This document shows, piece after piece, positions 26,070 through 31,572 of a stretch of DNA of 31,572 nucleotides. Both the position numbers and the translations under genes were made by a program. Source of the stretch: an uncultured Clostridia bacterium (GTDB lineage Bacteria; Bacillota; Clostridia; Oscillospirales; Ruminococcaceae); NCBI GenBank assembly GCA_947630315.1, contig CANRHA010000001.1, positions 1 through 31,572 of the forward strand. Direction: 5' to 3'. The notes under the pieces are model-generated. The model saw only the letters and a list, made by a program, of their open reading frames with translations. It was not told the DNA's origin and searched no databases. The stretch's first letter is position 1, and the number at the start of each line of letters is the position of its first letter.

Positions 26070-27083
26070 ATGGTTAGTTATGGTTTTTACAACTCCATAA
26101 ACTATGATCGACTATATGATGCAATGCAAATGGGAGAGATATTTGACGGTATAATTAATGATGGTATACTGTCACATTATGGGGAGGCTTTTGAGGTCTC
26201 CCCTGGCGGTGGTTTGTCAATAATTGTCGGCATCGGACGTTGCTGGTTTGATCACACCTGGACTCTTAATGATGCTGATCTCCCTATGGTACTTGAGCCT
26301 GCCGAGTTGGTACTTGACAGGATAGACGCCGTAGTTATCGAAGTTGATGCAAGAGACGAGGCAAGAAAAAACAGCATAAAAATTATCAAAGGAACGCCTG
26401 GAGATCCTGCTCAAAGACCCGAACTTACAAACACAGAATTAGTTCATCAGCACGCCATTGCTTATATTTCAGTGCCTGCTGAATGCAGAGAAATTAATCA
26501 AGGCCATATAACAGACAACAGAGGACAGGAAGATTGTCACTTTGCTGATGCTTTGCTTGATGTTATTGATGTAACTGAGTTAATGAAACAATGGCTGTAT
26601 CAATTCAATGAGTGGTTCAATGGAATCCAAAATACTGTCGAAAGATACTTAGCTATATTTAAAGGCTCGTTAATAGCTGGCGATACTGAAATCGTCATAA
26701 CTGACTTACCGCAAGTGACTAAGACTTTAGGAAATACGATGCCTGACCACGAATATATCATTACAAATAAAATAGGTCAAACAATTCACATAAGTATCGG
26801 TGACTATTGGATTAGCAAAGGTAAAATTTATAAAAGACTAAAAGAAGAGATTGACTGGAAAGTTGAAAAACAACATAACAGCCTTAGTGAATATCCTAGT
26901 GATTTATGGCAACTCGTAGACGACCCTCAAGACACAATGATAACAAAATACAGTGTATTATCTTTTTATACCTCAGTATGGGGTGTGGCTCCTAAGGAAG
27001 TTGAAGTCTTAAAAGGTGCTGTTAGGCTAAGATTCGAAAAATATACTTTTAACATTGATGTAGCGGTGAGTGTGGATGGCTAA
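26070..27083 (+). CDS. Baseplate upper (BppU-like) / receptor-binding adaptor protein
   Basis: GFYNSINYDRLYDA, IIVGIGRCWF, LDRIDAVVIEVD, SIKIIKGTP pattern of siphovirus baseplate proteins. Confidence 0.7.
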   Translation: MVSYGFYNSINYDRLYDAMQMGEIFDGIINDGILSHYGEAFEVSPGGGLSIIVGIGRCWFDHTWTLNDADLPMVLEPAELVLDRIDAVVIEVDARDEARKNSIKIIKGTPGDPAQRPELTNTELVHQHAIAYISVPAECREINQGHITDNRGQEDCHFADALLDVIDVTELMKQWLYQFNEWFNGIQNTVERYLAIFKGSLIAGDTEIVITDLPQVTKTLGNTMPDHEYIITNKIGQTIHISIGDYWISKGKIYKRLKEEIDWKVEKQHNSLSEYPSDLWQLVDDPQDTMITKYSVLSFYTSVWGVAPKEVEVLKGAVRLRFEKYTFNIDVAVSVDG

Positions 27084-27432
27084 GTATATAACCATAAACA
27101 ATTATATTTGGAAATTTCAGTTTACAAGACCGACAGATTATGTATTAATTGATAGAACAGGTTCTTTGTGCTATGCTACAACAGATCCAGTAACTAAGAA
27201 TGTTTATATTTCCAATGACATAATAAACAGAGACTTTTTACAAAGGGTTATATCTCACGAAATAGGGCATTGTGTGATATTTAGTTATAATCTTCTGCCA
27301 GTTATTCATAGGATGGTAATACCAGAATATTGGATCGAGGCAGAAGAATGGATCTGTAATTTTGTGGCTGACTACGGACCCGAAATACTTACAAAAATGA
27401 AGGAGGTAATCGAAAGTGGCCAATTTATTTAG
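27076..27432 (+). CDS. Small zincin-like metallopeptidase (HExxH)
   Basis: VISHEIGHCVIF plus downstream EAEEWIC. Confidence 0.7.
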   Translation: MAKYITINNYIWKFQFTRPTDYVLIDRTGSLCYATTDPVTKNVYISNDIINRDFLQRVISHEIGHCVIFSYNLLPVIHRMVIPEYWIEAEEWICNFVADYGPEILTKMKEVIESGQFI

Positions 27433-28003
27433 AGTTTCTAGCACCGCAATTCTTGACTACGTAATTGACAACATAGCAGAACCTTTTGATGCAGAAACGC
27501 CATTCGTAAAAGGCGACTATGTTATATATAATGACTTGTTATACGTATGCACTGCCGAAAAAGGTCATCTTGGTGTATGGAACGATTCAAACTGGAAGCG
27601 TACATATCTCAGCGAAATAAGCGACCTATTGAATGATATTGAACCTACACAAAACGGTATTAAAAAAGAGGAACAAAATCAGGCAACTGACAATCCTCGA
27701 ATTACCAATATAGCAGCTTTAATTCCGTATTTATTCCGTCGTTTAACGAAAGACGAAATATATATAAATGTTACTGGTAATAATGGAAAAACTACTGGTT
27801 ACGGTGGGGCTTCTAGTCCAGAAGAAAAATATGAAGGCAACGTCAGGTTACCTAGTAGAGTGGATTATGATTCAACAAATGGAACTCTAACGGCATATAT
27901 GACTGTCTCTGGTGCTGGGGACGGAAGCAAACTACACAATAACAATATGACTGCCTACTTCATACCTGGTGGGGCTAAGGATATAAGTGACCAATTCAAA
28001 TAG
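27416..28003 (+). CDS. Tail-associated protein with N-terminal CBM5/12-like motif
   Basis: FVKGDYVIYNDLLYVC...GVWNDSNW aromatic pattern. Confidence 0.6.
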   Translation: MANLFRVSSTAILDYVIDNIAEPFDAETPFVKGDYVIYNDLLYVCTAEKGHLGVWNDSNWKRTYLSEISDLLNDIEPTQNGIKKEEQNQATDNPRITNIAALIPYLFRRLTKDEIYINVTGNNGKTTGYGGASSPEEKYEGNVRLPSRVDYDSTNGTLTAYMTVSGAGDGSKLHNNNMTAYFIPGGAKDISDQFK

Positions 28004-28023
28004 TTTTAAGGACTGATATTTGT

Positions 28024-31000
28024 ATGAAAATTTGTATAGTTGAAAAAGATTTCTCGATGCTCTATCCTGTAGAACATCACAAGTCGTTCATTTGGACTGA
28101 CCGATACGATACACCCGGCGATTTCGAAATCTATATTCCAATAGCAGCTGTATCAAGAGAGCATCTAAAAATTGACAATTACATAAGTTGTGATATGTCA
28201 GAGCATCTTATGATTATTGAAGACATCAAGACCGAATCTGATTTGGACAATGGAAATTTCTTGATAGTTACAGGAAAATCACTAGAATCAATACCATCAA
28301 GAAGAATAGTCTGGTATCCCATAACTTTCACAGATGAACCTCTTCAGAATGTAATAAAGACATTGCTTGAGAAGAACATAATAAGTCCTGAGGACACATC
28401 AAGAGCTATACCAAATTTTATATTTGAAGAAAGCACTGACGAAAGGATAACAAGCATAGACAAAGTAACTGTCTCGTATGCTATTGGAGATAACCTTGGT
28501 GATATTATTGAAGATATTTGCAAGACTTATCAATTAGGCTACAAAATCATTCCAAACGACGACAACCAATTTATATTTTCATTATTTGCTGGAACGGATA
28601 GGTCGTATGCTCAAGAAACGAATCCCTGGATTATATTTTCACCAAATCAGGACAACATTATATCTTCAAGGTTCAACGAGTCAACAAGCAATTATAAGAA
28701 TGTTACGCTTGTTATCAATGAAAAGACAACATATGACGAAGCTAATCCAGAAGGTGTCACTGAAAGGTCAGGATTAGTTCTTGGTTCAACAGCAGGTCTA
28801 TCTCGTCGTGAGACATTCACTGATGCTAGTGGGATTGATACAGACGAAGAAACCACACAACACGATTTACTAGCTAATATGCGAGTGGAAGGGTACAAGA
28901 CGTTAGCAGAATACAAATATGATAAGGATTTCGATGGAGAAATAGATTATATTCGTAGCTACCAATACGGAACAGACTTTTATATCGGCGATATTGTCGA
29001 GATACAAGATTTGTTCGGAAATGAAGGTAGAGAAAGGGTGACAGAGTATATGATTAAGGAGGACACAAACGGATTTGCTGCCTATCCGACTCTAACGTCA
29101 GTCGTAGAAGATACTGCTGGCGGTGGATATTCTTATGAGCTTAAGTTGGGCACCGAGCACGAGAATGCATTTTATGGTGATTGGGGATATGAAGCTTATA
29201 ACCACGCACATACAACAGGAAATCCTCATAACACAACTTGGTCAGATGTTGGAGCAGACGAACTCGGAGCAGCAGATAAGGCATATGAACGTGCTAAATC
29301 TGATGCTCAGACAATAGGAAATTCAGCTCTTAGAAACGCCAATACTTATACTAATAATCAGATCAAAAAATTAAAAGACTTAACTGCCAAAGACTGGCAA
29401 CCAGGGATTGATAGTGCTGTATTAGCAGGTGTTACAGAAGCTAAGACTTATACAGATGCTAAAAGTGCAGAGAATGAGGTATATACAGACCAAGAAGTTG
29501 AAAAAGCCAAGAATGAATTAACTGATTATACGGATTCCAAAAGTTCTGACGATAGAAAGTATGCAGACAGTCTTATAAAAGATTTGGTCGGACAAGCACC
29601 CGAAGAATTAAATACCATATATGAGTTGGCTCAAGCAATAAGAAATACGAGTGTAACTGATGCCTTGACGAGCAGAATTACTAGTTTGGAGAGTAGAAGA
29701 ACTTACTATGGAGATGTTTCATCTGGAAAAAATGGATGGGATCTTGTTACATTTCTAGGCCTCGATCCAAATACCCCAGTTCCCATAGCAGACATACTAA
29801 AAAAAATCTCAGAAAAAAGTCGTGGAGCAGCCATATGGGTAATAGGAAACAATTCTCAACCACCAAATGCTTATACAAATAGTCTTTTTGAATCTGGTAA
29901 CGCTGGTATATTATTTATGTATTCTGATTCTAATACTAAGACATCTCGATGGTTTTTAACATACGTCTTACTCACTAGCGGAAATAAATACACAAATGTA
30001 TATCGAGACGGTACTTTTAACACTTGGCGTTTGTTCACCGGCGGGTCCACTTTATTTAACCGCTATCCGTTCATAGATTCTAACGGTGTTATGGAAGTAG
30101 GCCGATATTTGGATTTTCATTATACTAGTGGAGAAACAAATGACAATTCAGCAAGACTTGAAGTCTCTGGGCAAGGGTTAGTATCAAGTGTAAATTTTGT
30201 TGCAAGATACGGCTCGACAGTTTGGCAGGAAAACGGCGCACGTCAGAACGGATATGTAAGATTGCTTACAATAACTATTAAAGATATTTATATGAATATG
30301 CCAATAGTCATAGAGCTTGCAAGACGAGCTGCACAGACGACTTGCACACTCTATATTGTTTATGCCAACGTAAAAAGCACTGACCCAGAACTCGGAACAT
30401 TTGTATATGAAGGAACTGACTATAATGCGCGTTTAGTCAAAACTGGAAGCGGAATTTGGGATTTGTATGCTTATAGGTCTGAATCATCAGACCATATAAA
30501 TATTGTAAGGCTGCACAAGCCACAGTTTATGAACGGAGTTACAATAACGTACAAAGGAAACGCCACTGGAACTGACGACCCGGGAGGAACTCACGCCACA
30601 TTTGGCGGACAAGCCGCAACCGAGATAAACTCACTAAAAAACTCTGTAAGTAATGGCAAGACATTAGTAGCCAATGCCATTACTAAAAAAGGAGTTTCAA
30701 CGGCTACAACAGCAGACTTTGCAACTATGGCAGAGAATATTGGAAAAATACAAGGTTCGTCATTAATGTTACTTCAAAGCGTTGATATATCTACTAAATT
30801 TACAGGATTAAGTAGTGATGTGCTTTTTAAAAACACTAGTTCTGAAAAAATGTTCATACTTATAGAATTGAAGGTAACCTGTAAGGAAGGTAATCATATA
30901 GAATATCTTAGAACTGAAAGCGAGTCGTTGACGTTAAATAATAAATATTTCACTATTGACGGTGTAGACGCCAAAGCCGAAATCACTTCAGCTTGGGGGC

Positions 31001-31101
31001 AATTTGTGAATGTGAATGAACAAATAAAAATTATTATTCAATCCTATAAAAGATTATATACAGGTACCATTACAGGAACAATAAAAAAAATCAATTTATA
31101 G
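28024..31101 (+). CDS. ReqiPepy6 Gp37-like baseplate hub (Tal) fused to a tail-fibre stalk and tip
   Basis: SFIWTDRYDTPGDFEIY, YQYGTDFYIGDIV, ERVTEY (Gp37-like); then HAHTTGNPHNTTWSDVGA, YTD repeats, APEELNTIYELAQAI, GVMEVGRYLDFH, NGKTLVANAITKKGV (fibre motifs). Confidence 0.82.
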   Translation: MKICIVEKDFSMLYPVEHHKSFIWTDRYDTPGDFEIYIPIAAVSREHLKIDNYISCDMSEHLMIIEDIKTESDLDNGNFLIVTGKSLESIPSRRIVWYPITFTDEPLQNVIKTLLEKNIISPEDTSRAIPNFIFEESTDERITSIDKVTVSYAIGDNLGDIIEDICKTYQLGYKIIPNDDNQFIFSLFAGTDRSYAQETNPWIIFSPNQDNIISSRFNESTSNYKNVTLVINEKTTYDEANPEGVTERSGLVLGSTAGLSRRETFTDASGIDTDEETTQHDLLANMRVEGYKTLAEYKYDKDFDGEIDYIRSYQYGTDFYIGDIVEIQDLFGNEGRERVTEYMIKEDTNGFAAYPTLTSVVEDTAGGGYSYELKLGTEHENAFYGDWGYEAYNHAHTTGNPHNTTWSDVGADELGAADKAYERAKSDAQTIGNSALRNANTYTNNQIKKLKDLTAKDWQPGIDSAVLAGVTEAKTYTDAKSAENEVYTDQEVEKAKNELTDYTDSKSSDDRKYADSLIKDLVGQAPEELNTIYELAQAIRNTSVTDALTSRITSLESRRTYYGDVSSGKNGWDLVTFLGLDPNTPVPIADILKKISEKSRGAAIWVIGNNSQPPNAYTNSLFESGNAGILFMYSDSNTKTSRWFLTYVLLTSGNKYTNVYRDGTFNTWRLFTGGSTLFNRYPFIDSNGVMEVGRYLDFHYTSGETNDNSARLEVSGQGLVSSVNFVARYGSTVWQENGARQNGYVRLLTITIKDIYMNMPIVIELARRAAQTTCTLYIVYANVKSTDPELGTFVYEGTDYNARLVKTGSGIWDLYAYRSESSDHINIVRLHKPQFMNGVTITYKGNATGTDDPGGTHATFGGQAATEINSLKNSVSNGKTLVANAITKKGVSTATTADFATMAENIGKIQGSSLMLLQSVDISTKFTGLSSDVLFKNTSSEKMFILIELKVTCKEGNHIEYLRTESESLTLNNKYFTIDGVDAKAEITSAWGQFVNVNEQIKIIIQSYKRLYTGTITGTIKKINL

Positions 31102-31153
31102 ATATGTCTCTGTATTTTTATCGCTGTTTAAAAAGATAAAAGGTGATATTTTT

Positions 31154-31572
31154 ATGAGAATAACTGATTATAAAAGAATCTCTGATTTAAAACCTTCGGA
31201 CCTAATCTTATTAGACTCGGACACAGAAGGCACAAGGGCTATAACAGCTCTTGAATTATCAAAACAACTGAATAAAGTTCTAACAAATTCATCCTCAACG
31301 ACTATGCCTTTGCCTGTTAGAAGGATGACTTACAGAGGAAAGAATTTAGGTAATGTATATACAACAAAGCAAAAAGAGGCGGTAGCTAATGGGTCATTTG
31401 ATGATTTGTTCATAGGCGACTACTGGGTTGCTCCAAACGGCCATACGTGGATTATTGTGGATTTTGATAGCTTCTTGAATACACCTATAGATAGTAAGGA
31501 TACTTTATTGACGAGGCATCACGTAGTTTGTATTTCTCTCGATAGTTTTCCGGACGCGATGATTCACTCAGC
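31154..31572 (+). CDS. Tail-associated protein, truncated by the window end; absent from the track
   Basis: AGGTGA SD, ATG 31154, open to the end; MRITDYKRI...YRGKNLG...GSFDDLFIGDYW...WIIVDFD. Confidence 0.7.
   Translation, partial: MRITDYKRISDLKPSDLILLDSDTEGTRAITALELSKQLNKVLTNSSSTTMPLPVRRMTYRGKNLGNVYTTKQKEAVANGSFDDLFIGDYWVAPNGHTWIIVDFDSFLNTPIDSKDTLLTRHHVVCISLDSFPDAMIHS

Noticed and set aside
1-31572. Stop-codon reassignment (TAG or TGA) as in some gut phages
   Set aside because: Core genes are intact in the standard code and end in all three stops; the one internal stop is TAA.
28024-31572. Diversity-generating retroelement target in the fibre genes
   Set aside because: No template/variable repeat pair or reverse transcriptase is visible in this window.
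1-31572. tRNA, rRNA, CRISPR arrays, IS elements, integrase
   Set aside because: None recognised; the window is almost fully coding.

Overview
The window is the late (virion morphogenesis) region of a tailed dsDNA phage or prophage of siphovirus type; all supported genes are on the + strand. Order: putative small terminase, HNH nuclease, head-tail adaptor, large terminase, a block of basic accessory genes sharing an N-terminal E-L-x-H leader, portal, protease-scaffold-major capsid fusion, head-tail and tail genes, GH25 endolysin, 2263-aa tape measure, Dit, holin, a five-gene low-complexity/Cys-rich cassette, then baseplate and fibre genes running off the end. The Gp37-like Tal and the ELYHHG..G.KWG genes recall ReqiPepy6-like phages; the CW_7/SH3 lysin and strong SD sites suggest a Gram-positive, probably clostridial, host (inference). 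Main points: (1) a -1 frameshift signal (GGGGGAA plus a predicted pseudoknot) at the capsid stop that would add an Ig-like domain also fused to the tail tube protein; (2) an E-[LM]-x-H motif shared by the capsid scaffold region and six accessory N-termini, a candidate head-maturation and cargo signal; (3) a spore-surface-like self-assembly cassette inside the tail operon; (4) two adjacent interrupted cargo genes. All family assignments come from motif recognition, not database searches.
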